This document shows positions 1 to 11,939 of a stretch of 64,000 bases of DNA, piece after piece (position 1 is the stretch's first letter; each line of letters starts with the position of its first letter). The position numbers and the translations under genes are program-made. The notes beneath the pieces are model-generated. The model saw nothing but the letters and a program-made list of their open reading frames with translations, was not told the DNA's origin and searched no databases. Location of the stretch: positions 13,640,001 through 13,704,000 of the forward strand of contig CDPCPM010000007.1 in the NCBI GenBank assembly GCA_976551045.1, given 5' to 3'. The stretch comes from Glaucostegus cemiculus. Taxonomy: Eukaryota.

Positions 1-1579
1 GGGCAGGGGTGAGCATGCTGCCTAGGAGACTGTAATGTCACCTAACTTGGTGTCCTCATGACAAGAGCATCAGCCAAATAACACCTCAAAGGTCTGGGCA
101 GCTAATAGTCAAAAGTCTGCTGGCATACCAATTCTTAATCATTGCTTAACCTCCGGACTTGGAACTGAGTCGGCTGACACATTCCAAGTTACAGGTGTCT
201 GCTGCCTTCACTATTCTCTCTGAAGTCTGCTCTGAGCAATCTGAGCAGGACTCTGCTCATGATGAAGAGGACTGTATGGGTGGGGAGAACAGTTGCTGCA
301 GAAGAGAGGTAGGTTCCAATGTGCCACTTTGCTCCTTTCTGTTTGTCTTTCTGTTTGTGCAGAACAGACAGCTGCCATGCATCATCCTTTGTTCCTCTAG
401 AAACACAAGCTGATCATGGATGGCATCCATGTGTCTGCTGAGAAAGCCATTTCTCGTCAGTGGCATCTCCCTGCTCAGGAGGAGATAAAGCTGCCCCCGG
501 TGGCATATTGCTATTCCTAAAGAGCTTCCAGTGGCTCCCATTGAGTGCGAAAGGCCTTTTGTGGCTTCCTTCAGTGCCTCCGCTGCAGCTGTCACCTGAA
601 CCAGTCAGTGCTGTGTGACAGGACAGTCAATGGTCCCCAGTAAAGGTGTGAGTATGATATCCTAAATGAAGGTCGCAGTCTCCTTCTGCGGGAGGTTGGG
701 ATTGATCCATGCTCCCGGTCATCTTTTGCATTTGGTGGGGCAAGCCTGAGTTACCCTTACAATGTGCTCACCAGATCACTGTACATCTGTATCAACCCTC
801 ATGGCAGTATCCCAAATGTGGTCCTTGGTCCTCATTCTGACCTTCTGGGGTGTCAGGAGTGCATGCACCCTTCCCCAGTTTATCCCCCTTTTCACCTCCC
901 AATGTGCCCCTTCATCAAATTCCTAAAGGCAGACTGCAGCCTACTTGTACCTTATCTATCTCCCTTGCAGTAACAGTCTCTGAGGTAATGCTGTGGGCTG
1001 TTAGCCATAATGACAAATTGTGGTCTTCATCATTATCAGCATCATCTCCCTCCACTCCTCCTGCTCCTCTTCTGGATAGGGTGAAACACATGGCCTATCC
1101 AATATCCAGGAGGAGATAATGAGACTACCTCCTGCCAGGATCTTCTTATTGTGGCCTCGGAAGGTTGCCTCCAATCACCCACCCCCGGGTGCACAAGACA
1201 TCCCTCCTGGCCTCTATTACATTCCACAGTTAATCACACAAAAAAAATGGAAAAAATCCAATTTTCTGCTGCCCCAGCTGTACCCCATTTCCCCATGCCC
1301 AACAAACTTAAACACTCCCCGTGTTGTCCACACTCCCTACCCAAATCCCAACCCTGGATCTTTCTCCTGCTATTTTCTCTCAAGCCTTTTCTTAGCTCAT
1401 TTTGTCCATTTAGCTTTCTAGACTCCATTATATCCCTATTCATTGTTGTTTCTCTTCCTGGCATCCATAAAGAAGGACAAAATTTGTTTGACCCATTTGA
1501 CTAATCTCACTTTTCCTCTTGCATCACCATTGACTACCCCTCAACCCCAACTCATTATCCACCAATTCTCCTGTCACAC

Positions 1580-1775
1580 ATTTACACTACAGGCAATGTA
1601 CAGCAGCCAATTAACCAGCATGTGTTTGGCATGTGAGAGGAAACTTGAGCACCCAGGAAAACCCTACATGGGAAATATGCAACCTCCACATAGATAGCAC
1701 CTTCAACCTTGGTATCTGGTGCCATGATACAGCAACACAATTCTTATGAACACCTCAAAGCACTGTGCTGCCCCA
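1580..1775 (-). mobile_element. V-SINE/HE1-like SINE, degenerate
   Basis: Core ggcatgtgagaggaaacttgagcacccaggaaaaccc, the reverse complement of the V-domain GGGTTTCC..GGGTGCTCCGGTTTCCTCCCACA. Confidence 0.65.
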
Positions 1776-2199
1776 CTTTAAGGCATTCAGACAATTTGTC
1801 ATATTGTTGGATGCCATTTCCTTGCCACATTTCCTTAGGTGTGTTACTCTTTTCCCTATTTACAGGATAAGCAGAATATTACAGAATACACAGATTTGCA
1901 TACATTTATGAACCGCTGTCACAGCTACCATTGTGAAAATGATTACTACTTTTGCTATTTATCATAAAAATCCATTCATATAAACTGTAGCTTTATTTCT
2001 CTGTTATATACTTATTCTTGCCTATGCAGCAAGTTCAGCAGGGCTTTTGCATTACAGTGTTAGGTTGGAGACAATAGAGATGACATTGTTTCTTTATTGC
2101 CCCTCCCCCAGCTCATAAAATAAGTGAACTGAAAGTTTATGTCTTAAGTGATACTTAATCTGGATCTTTGTCTCATTCACTTTCATCAACTTCCTGTGA

Positions 2200-2495
2200 A
2201 TATAAGATAGATAAGATCTTTAGTCACAGGTACATCAAAACACACAGTGAAATGCATCTTCTGCGTAGAGTGTTCTGGGGCAGCCCACAAGTGTCGACAC
2301 GCTTCCAGCGCCAACATAGCATGCCCACAACTTCCTAACCTGTACATCTTTGAAATGTGGGAGGAAACCAGAGCACCCGAAGGAAACCCATGCAGATGCG
2401 GGGAGAACGTACAAACTCCTTACAGACAGCGGCAGTAATTGAACTTGGGTCACTGGCGCTGTAATAGCATTACGCTAACCACTACACTACCATGT
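2200..2495 (-). mobile_element. tRNA-derived V-SINE
   Basis: tgtgggaggaaaccagagcacccgaaggaaacccatgcag core; tRNA-like head with A/B-box remnants at ~2430-2495; agata-type tail. Confidence 0.8.
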
Positions 2496-2649
2496 CATTA
2501 TATATTATATATTTTATATATATGTAAGACCATTCTATATTATTTCAATGAAATTATGATGCTACCTTTCATTTTAATTTTGGCACCCTTAGCCTCTGAC
2601 AGGGGAGGTATGCACAGATTTTTCCAAGATTATGATTGGGACATGTGAG

Positions 2650-2980
2650 CAGCAGCATCACAGCTCCAAGGAACTCAGTTCGAACCTGACTTAGGCTGAT
2701 GTTTGTGTGAGGTTTCTCTGTTCCGTCCATGATCATGTGACTTTCTGCCAGGTGCTAAGGTTTCCTCCCACATCCCAAAAGGTGTGCTGGTTGGTTACTT
2801 ACCCATTATTGCAGCTTAGTAGCAGAAAGAATTAAAGGGGAGTTTATGGGGACGCAGGAGAGATAATATGTAGCAAGAATACAGGGAAGTAAGGAGGGGG
2901 AATGGGTCTACTAGGATTGCTCCCCAGGAGCTGGCATGGACCAGATAAACCGAGTGGCCTCCTTCTGAATCAATATAATT
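2650..2980 (+). mobile_element. V-SINE-like SINE, degenerate
   Basis: gttcgaacct B-box, ggtgctaaggtttcctcccacatccc core, CR1-like 3' tail. Confidence 0.6.
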
Positions 2981-3954
2981 TATGAGCAAGACATCCTCCA
3001 AAATCTCAGCTCATGTTTAAAGAATGATACTTGCAGGACATTATCTTCGAGGTCAAATCTAACTTTCTCATGTTCCTTGCAGGTCTATTTTATAAATATG
3101 TTTCTTATTGTACAGCTTATTAGCTTATAGCAGTAATTCCACTATCATTTTGTTCTAATTGCATTATATACATGTTGTGGAATCAGTACAAGAGCTTGGA
3201 TTTTCAATTCACTATCAAAGGGACCATTTTCCGCCTTTTGAAATTGCCCACAGCAAGATATTCCCTGCAGCAAATAATGTTGAGAGTCTATGACTAAAAT
3301 TAAATTATTCTGATCAGCTGATCAGAAAAAGAATTCTGACAGGCAAGGAACAATTCTTTTAAAAAAATATCCCTTTTTAATTCATTTGCAAGTATTTTAA
3401 CAAAATAATTTGTCATACATATGGATTAAAAATTAAATCTGAAATATCATGAATAAACAAAAAAGAGTTTCCTCTACTAAAATCCATGAAATTTTGGAGT
3501 TATTCTCAAGTGTTAGAACCCACATAAATAGAATTACTTTTACAAAACAAAATTGATCAGAGGTAATTATTGCTTAATACATTGTTAAGAATACACTTTG
3601 CCTCATTCCACACAACATTTTCACTTTTTTCAGCAAACAGCACATACAATCTTGAATTTGCATCAATTTACTCACTACCTCAGTAAAAACTGCAACAATG
3701 TTTCCTGTAAAGGAGGCATATCACTGAAGCTATCTGTAGTTTTCTGAATTTCATTGACTTCAGAAGCTTCAGTCAAATTACCTCCTTCAAAACAGTGACT
3801 GATGACAGACTCACAGTTACTTGGTGCAAATCCCAGATCTGATTCTTGTCGGATTTAAGTTGAATAAAGTATCTGTAATATGTGCTGCTTCTCTGATACA
3901 AGTATAGAAGTTATTATGTGTGCTATTGGTATATCTGCTTGTAAAACAAAATGA

Positions 3955-4249
3955 CAGGCCATCCCCAGGTAACAAATGGGGTCCATTTGTTCAGACTTCC
4001 ATAAGTCAGTTTTATCCACAAGTCAGAAAACATACAAAAATCATTTGGTATTATAACCATACCTCCATGATATTGTAATGAATGGCAACAGAAGCACATA
4101 AGAGTGATAAGAACAATTATTAAAAATGGAGATGGAGGGGAAGCTAGTTCCGTATGTATGTTGAACTTTTGAATTTAATAATATTATGGGAGCACATTTG
4201 TATGTAGGGGTGTCTGTAAGTTGGGTGTTCATAACCTGGGGACAGCCTG
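3955..4249. mobile_element. Tigger/pogo-type MITE
   Basis: Terminal inverted repeats CAGGCCATCCCCAGGTAAC vs reverse complement of ATAACCTGGGGACAGCCTG; TA follows the right end. Confidence 0.7.
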
Positions 4250-4508
4250 TAATATCTGGAACCAAATTCTTTTAAATAGTCAAATATAACAACTTCCAAT
4301 TGCAAGTTTCTCATTTACACAAGTCAACCCAAGTCAAATAGTCATTGGAAGTTGCAGAGCAATATTGCCTCGATTTTAGCATCAGTAACTCAAATTCCAA
4401 TTCCATTTAAATACTTTGGTCATTCAACTGATATCAATTCCTACTCTACCTCCTTACAGTACTTGCCTAACACCCCAAAGAGAAAGTAATGATTGTTTCT
4501 AGTTAAGT

Positions 4509-5275
4509 CTAGAAGGTTAGGTTCTTCTGGAAGGTTAGGTCCCATGGAATTGGCCTGGAAGGTTAGATCCCATGGAATCCAGGGAGATTTAGTTAGGTAG
4601 GTTCAAAATTGGCTCAGAGGTAGGAAGCAGAGGATGGTGGTTGAAGGTTGTTTCTCAGAATGGAGGCCGGTGACTAGTGGTATGCCGCAGAGGTTGGGGT
4701 TGGGACCTTTGTTATTCATTATTTACATAAGGGATTTGGATGCAAATTCACAAAGCTTGATCAGGGAGTTTGCAGGTGACATGAAGTTAGATGTTGTTGT
4801 TGGCGAAGGTTTTCATAGATTACAGAGGGATTTTGATCAGTTAGGGAAGTGGGCCAAGGAGTGGCAAATGGATTTCAATGCAGATAATTGTGAGGTGGTG
4901 CATTTTGGAAAGTCAAACCAGCATAGGACTTGTACTATGAATGGTAAGGCACCAGGGAGTGTAATGGAACAGAGGAACCTAGGAGTGCAAGTGCATAGTT
5001 CATTGAAAGCGGTGTCACAGGTAGATGGTGGTGAAAATGGTGTTTAGCACGCTGGCCTTCATCAATCAGGGCATAGAGTATAGGAGTTGGGACATTATGT
5101 TGCAGTTGTACAAGTTGTTGGTGACGCCGCATTTGGAGTACTATGCACAGTTTTGTTCATAGGAAAGATGTGGTTAAACTGGAAAGAGTGCAGCATGTAA
5201 TATCTGGGTGGGTACCATGGTTGACATGGACTTGTTGGTCCAAAGGGCCTATATTCGTGTTGTATTGCTCTATGA
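4509..5275 (+). mobile_element. 5'-truncated CR1 LINE fragment
   Basis: Degenerate RT (WRPVTSGMPQ..LGPLLF, FAGD, WQMDFN); internally deleted 3' part with tail. Confidence 0.85.
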
Positions 5276-7739
5276 TTACATGTAATCTAACAATCTACTT
5301 TTTCTCCAAAGTACTAATTAAACAGGATGCAAAGCAAATTATAACTATATTCAGACTGACACGCAGTGAGGGTCAGTCAGATATTGAAGCTGAACAGGTT
5401 ATAAATAATGGATGGGTGACAAACTGCACTGTAATGCTTTCATTAAGGGGAACTGATGATATCATAAACTACATGGCAGTGTTGAAGTGCTTTATAACAG
5501 ACATCTGGATCCCACAATTAGTTTAATGGAAAATCATTCCAATATCTGTTTTTTTTTGTCATCTGTACAGTGAAGCATGCAAGTAGCTTTGTTTTCAATC
5601 TGCTGATATAAGATACAATTGAGTCTGACAGGAGGCCAGTTAATACATAATGGCAACAACACTATGGAAATAATTGCAATGTGATTAGAAGAATATTAAG
5701 AGTAGGAAAACCATATTTTGATAGCAGAAACAGTCATAGGAAGAACTAACCATGCAGTGATCATCTACCTCCATCTCCCTAATCTTCTCATTTATCAGGA
5801 GAAATAGATGCTTATATAGATGAGTCTTAAATGCAATGCAAATCTGGAAAGAAACATACCCAGGGAACAAATGGGTAGATTTTAATTCTAGCTTTGATTT
5901 ATATATCCATTCAATGGGGTGAAAGGTCAGACCTCCCTAGCACGTCCACATATTTTTTGGCGCAAATGATCAGCTTAACATCTATATAATGAAAAGTATC
6001 TCTCCTAAGGCAAATTTAAAACAAGAATGTCCTTGCATTTTGCTGTAGAATGAGAAAAGTAAAACATATCTCAACAGCACAAAGATGCCTAAAATTGCAG
6101 ACCTAACCGCATGGTTTTGTTGAAGCCACAAAGGGTGTGTAATGGTGTGGTCTTCTTATCTTGAATAATCAAATCACAGAGGCATTAACGGAGATACCAC
6201 ACAAATTTACATGATCACCCTTGCCTCCGGCTCATAGTTACAGTGCCAAAAGAAATTTAATAAGATTAAGTGTTCAGTCAAGGGAAAAATTGCTTCTTTC
6301 ATTTAATTGCCTACCGTTTACACTCACTATTCCCTATGGCTGACTCTAATCCATGAGTACTATTCCTACCCTCCTACTATCAGCCATACTGCTGAAAGCT
6401 GCTGCTTACAGCACGCTAAGCACCTGTAACACATTTATTGTGGACACATAAGTATGCTTCACAAAATAAAATGCTGCCCTTTTTTCCTGGGTAACATGGA
6501 TCAGAGTAATTGAGAGGAGGAGTGCCATCTGTCATCAAGTTCTCAGTTCCATAGAATAGGATACCTTGGAGATCCTAGTAAACAAGAATATTATTATTCT
6601 TTTAGAAAGAAAGTATCACTGTGGTCTGAACATACTATTAGCCAATGGCTACAAAACATCCACCCTATCACTTGGACCACATTATCTTAACATATGGCAA
6701 GATGCATTAGTCTGCAGCAAACATTTTCAGTGTCCTCATCTTCATGTGAATGCTATTGAGTAGGGTAGTCTTCAGTGCTTGCAATTGAAATTTGCCCTTT
6801 CCCATTTAGGAAATGCTGTTTTCTTATAGTCGATGACATTTCGCAACATGAATGGATCACCTCCATATGGGAAATTCAGTGTGGTTTGTTTTGGACAGCT
6901 CTCTCAAATGGCAATGTTAATGTTGTTTCAGAACATCTGCCCTAATCACAGCATGGATACTGCTTTGGCTCTAGTTCTGGTACTGTTTTGCCAGAGATTC
7001 AGAATGATGCAAAAGGGCTTTTAACCACATTTGTAGGCTATGCCTTACTGTCAGTCATCAACTATGCACCTATTCTTGCTGCTGAAAAAGCAATGACATT
7101 TAAGCTGCTGCTGCAATATGTCAACAGAACTTTGCAAGAAATGCACACAAACAGCTGCATGATTCTAATGGAATAATCACTGAAAACTTGAGAGACTGAA
7201 AGCTTTTCCTATTTAGGAAAATTGTCAGCCTAAAGAAGCTGCTCTAATAGCAACACAAATACAATGAATACATCCTTGGACAGCTGAAGCACCTTATTCT
7301 AGTAAAGCTCGCTGTTCATTCATATTTTCTACTGTTTCTATAGGGAAAGTGATATACAGTAAATGCTGGTGCACAAGAACTTGTTAGTTGCAAGAGTAAA
7401 CATTAATACTGTTCATTATTGCAGTCTGGAATGAGGCAGAGGCAGAGGCAGCGCAGCTCTGAGACTTCATATCCAAAGCAGTCACGTGCAATGCAAGCTG
7501 ATATATCTTTGTAAGCTTGATATCAGACCAGAACAGCTGATTCAAAGCAGTGACTGCCTCATGATTGAAATGCAGTCTAAAGTATTTTTCCTTATTAAGA
7601 GGTGTCCTTTACTGCCCTAATGTCAGTTAAGGTGCCACTAGGCACCATGCAAATGCAAAGATACATGCAAGTATTGCACCAACGCTTTAACTTCATTTGT
7701 GCGTACTGACAGAAGCTGAAACTGGCCCCAAGCCTTAAT

Positions 7740-7820
7740 CAAAATACAAACTGCTAGAAACACTCAGCATGTCAGGCAGCATCTGTGGAGAGAAAAATAG
7801 ATTCAATGTTTTCAGGCTGA
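7740..7820. repeat. Penelope-type terminal repeat fragment
   Basis: ctgctagaaacactcagcatgtcaggcagcatctgtggagag, a motif that recurs at ~45.2, 45.6, 55.2, 55.55 and 59.77 kb and inverted at ~29.3, 47.7 and 62.0 kb. Confidence 0.55.
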
Positions 7821-9809
7821 AAGTGAAATAGCACTTCAGATCATCTGCTTCCTCAGTTTTTGTTTGAAGAGCAAAATAGTCCTAACAAATACAGTCAAAA
7901 CTGAACTGCATGTTGGAATTAGAATTGATTACATATTTAATTAAGAAAAATCTCTCATTGCAGAGCAGTACTACCTTGCATGTGAAATAAGTGTTCTTTA
8001 TTTTGTATGTAAGTTTCTAAGTGTGTTACTACCTTTTGGAATTATTCAGTATTATATCTGTGCCATGTATTTTTTTTTGTCAATTGCACGTAGTGTAGGT
8101 ATGGCCTTTGTTGTATTTGGTACACTCAGCCATTCCTTGATAGAACATAATATTAATCAAACTGGATGAAGACTGACCTCCAAGAAATAATCAAATTGTT
8201 TATCTACTCAAGGCTTCTGGCTGAACATGTTTGTAAATACTTCAGCCTTATCCTTGGCACTCAAACGTTGGGCCCAACTGTGATGATGGGATTGTCACTG
8301 GACCTTCCTCATCTCCTTATTTCTTGTCCACCATCATTCATGATTTGATATAGCAGGACTGCAGAGCTTTGATCTAATCAAATGTTTGTGAGGTTGCCTA
8401 ACTCTATCAGTTGCGTGCTGTTTAGAATGTACATAGTACTATCTCACTAGCTTCGCATCTCTGTTTTAGTTTTGCCTAATGCTTACAGTCCTCAATGAAT
8501 CGTCATCTCCTGGGTGAGAATTTAAGAATGAATATTAGTTATAAAATACTTGACACAAAGTTTGAAAACTTAGTTTGAAAGTTTGATCTTTGTTTAAATA
8601 TTTATTTTCTAAGGGTAGAATAGAAATGGTATTCTATTAAAGCTCATCAATTTTTCTGAGAGATTGAGTATTTTAAGTTTTAATGCGGTTAATTGAAAAC
8701 AATGTGGAAAATTTTAATAAAGCTATTGGCATTACACAAAGCAACTCTTATCACCCTCATACAGACATCCATCAACACCGAAACCCAATAGGAAAAAGCT
8801 CCCAAACATTAACCCACTTTTTATCTCTGTACTTCAGTCAAGTATTTGATTTGCTTTCAAATCATATTCTTAACATTATGAACTTTCCTCTATCACTCTT
8901 ACCACTTCCCAATTAACAGTACATTCCTTCCACCACTTTTAGTGAAGGAAGGCAGTACCTCATGCATGATTATTCAAATCACATTGTTATTCTCAACTGT
9001 TTATGGCAGATAAGAAATCCTCTTCGACTATTAAGAATGCATTCTGAAATTTTAAAAATTAAAAAATGATGCCATTATAAACTGTAGTACAAATAAGGAG
9101 TGAGTTTTCAGGTATGGCTCTCTTGAAGCAAATAATCAAAAGAAACCAGAACACACAGTGCTACAGTCTATTTACATGATCTAATTAGATGACAGGAATT
9201 CTCATGATCATCTATAATTTACTACATGAGTAGGCACAATCTTTCTACATTAAATTCTCAACTTTTGAAAGCACAGCTCTGCAAGTTCAACCTCCACCCT
9301 TGCTACACACATCCCAACTACAGCATATAGAAATTTACGTGGAAGAAGACAATCATGCAAATGAAAGCCTGCTGGCACTTTCCATCATCCTCTTTATATA
9401 ATGTTAAGAACGATAATCAAAATTCCATGCCAACTTCAACTATCACTGGATAAACTCTATCATCAGATCATCCTTAAGAGAATAGAATATAATCCACTGG
9501 TTTGAACAGTTTGAAACATAGAAGATAGGAGCAATATGCCATTCAGTTCTTTGAACCTGCTTCCCACTCCATAAAAAAGTGGTGGAGCTGGCCCAATATT
9601 CTGAATCAATACCATATTCCTACTCTCTTCCAATAATCCTTAATGACCTTGTCTAGAAATTTCCCTTGGTCTTAAATATATGCAGCAACCCTTCAGTGTT
9701 TTTGAGAATTCCACAGGTTTATTATCCTTTGAGTGAAGAATTTTTTCCTCATCTAAATCCTAAACATCTTACCCTGAAATTGTGAATTAGGTTTCTGTTA
9801 GAGTCAGAA

Positions 9810-11355
9810 TCATGGAACAATGCAGCAGACCCTTCAGCCCATCTAGTCTATGCAGACCATGATGCCCACCCAGCTAGTCCCAGTTTCCTGTGTTCAGCCC
9901 CTAACACTCTTAGCCCCACATCTGCAAGTACCTATCCAAGTGCTTCTTAAATGTCACTATTGTACCTGCCTCAACCACTTCCTCTGGCAGCTCACTCCAT
10001 CTACTCACCACACTTTGCGTGAAGAAGTTGTCACTCAAGTCCCTTTTAAATCTTTCCCCTCTCACCCTAAATCTATGCCCCCTTGTTTTAGACTACCCTA
10101 CCCTGGGGAAAAGACTGCTACCATCCATCTTATCTATGCCCCTCATGATTTTATAAACCTCTGCAAGGTCACCCCTCATTCTCCTACACTCTAAGGAATA
10201 AAGCCCTAGCCTGGCCAACCTCTCCCAATAACTCAGGCCCTGAGATCCTGGCAAGACCCTCAAATCTTTCCTGCTCTCTTACCAGTTTAATCATGTCTTT
10301 CCTGTAACAGAGAGACCAAAACTGTACACAGTACTGCAAGTGTGGCTCACCAATGACTTATGCAACTGCAATATAATGTCCCAACCACTATACTCAATGA
10401 CCTGACTGAAGAAGGCCAGCATTCTAAACTCCTTTTTCACCATCCTGTCTACCTGCAACACTGCTTTCAACAAACTATACACTTGTCCTCCAAGGTCCCC
10501 CTGTTCCACTACACTCTCTAGTGCCTTACCATTCATCGTACAAGTCCTACACTGGTCTGATCTTCCAAAATGCACCTCCTCACACTTACCTGCATTGAAA
10601 TCCATTTGTCACTCCTCGGCCCACTTCCATAACTGATCAAGATCCCCCTGTAATCTATGATAACCCTCTTCACTATCAATGACACCTCCTAATTTTATGT
10701 CATCTGCAAACTTACTGATCAGCCTTGTGCATTCGCATCAAAGTCATCTATATAAATAACAAATAACAAGGATCCCAACACTGACCCCTGCGGCACACCC
10801 CTAGTCACCGGCCTCCATTCCAAGAAGCAACCTTCAACTACCATCCTCTGCTTCCTACCTCTGAGCCAGTTTTGAAGCCACTTGACTAGCTCTGTGGGAC
10901 CTAACCTTCCAGACTAGCCTACCATGCAGGACCTTGTCAAAAGCCTTGCTAAAGTCAAAATAGACAACATCCACTGCCCTACCCTCATCTACCTTTCAGG
11001 TTACCCCTTCAAAAAACTAACAGGTTTGTCAAGCACGACTTTACATGCACTAAGCCATGCTGACTCCTCCTAATCAGACTCTGTTTATCCAAACGCTGGT
11101 AGATCCTGTCCCTCAGAATTCCCTCCAGTAACTTCCCCACTACTGATGTCAGGCTGACCAGTCTGTAGTTCCCTGCCTTGTCCCTGCTACCTCTCTTAAA
11201 CAATGGAACAACATTAGCTGCCTTCCAGTCTTCGGGAACTTCACCAGTGGCTAATGATGAAGCAAGCATTTCCACAATGGCCTCTGCAATTTCTTCTCTT
11301 GGCTCCCACAAAGTCTGAGGATGCACTCAGTCGGGTCCTGGGGATTTATTCACCT
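9810..11355 (-). mobile_element. 5'-truncated CR1 LINE
   Basis: Broken RT ORFs (VPEDWKAANVVPLFK, NYRLVSLTSVVGK, MDFNAGKCE) and 3' tail near 9810. Confidence 0.9.
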
Positions 11356-11939
11356 GGAAATCAATGTTAAACTTCCTTTTCAGAAAAGCAGATTAAAACA
11401 GCTGTATTTTGTTCCCTGTACTATTAGTGGATGTTTTTGCTTTGGTAAAGTAAATTGTTTGCAAGATTTTTCTCCAGCTATAATTGCATTTACATAGTGA
11501 CTTTCACAATCTCAGGCCAACTCAAAGTGCTTTACAGCTCATTGAGTACTTTTAAGGTGAAAGCACAGTACAAAAATTTGAACAAATGTTAGAGTTAGCA
11601 TTCCTTTCAAATTTTCTAAGGATTTTCACAATTCAGATGTGGTGAGTGGATTCATAATACTAAATATTAAAAGACACCAATGATACCCAAAACATTTTGT
11701 GCACTGCTTACACCCCACAAGTCCCTTTTACAAACTCTGTCAATACTTTGTACATATCAGCTGCTTCAGCATTACTAGATATTCAATCGCTGAGCAACGC
11801 CAGGTGTTTCAGAATGACCTGAAGAATGATATGGTTCTTTCATTGACCTCAAGTGGTGTCAGTTCCTTCCAAATTACACAGGGATACTCTGCCCAATCAG
11901 CTAGACCTTTGGTAGACCTTTCTGTAGACCTTTGGTATA

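Noticed and set aside
257-1230. ORF 257..595(-) with an acceptor-like site at 595, and neighbouring GC-richer ORFs, as host exons
   Set aside because: No recognisable protein and no consistent exon chain. It may be an old DNA-transposon (Harbinger-like) remnant, but I cannot support that.
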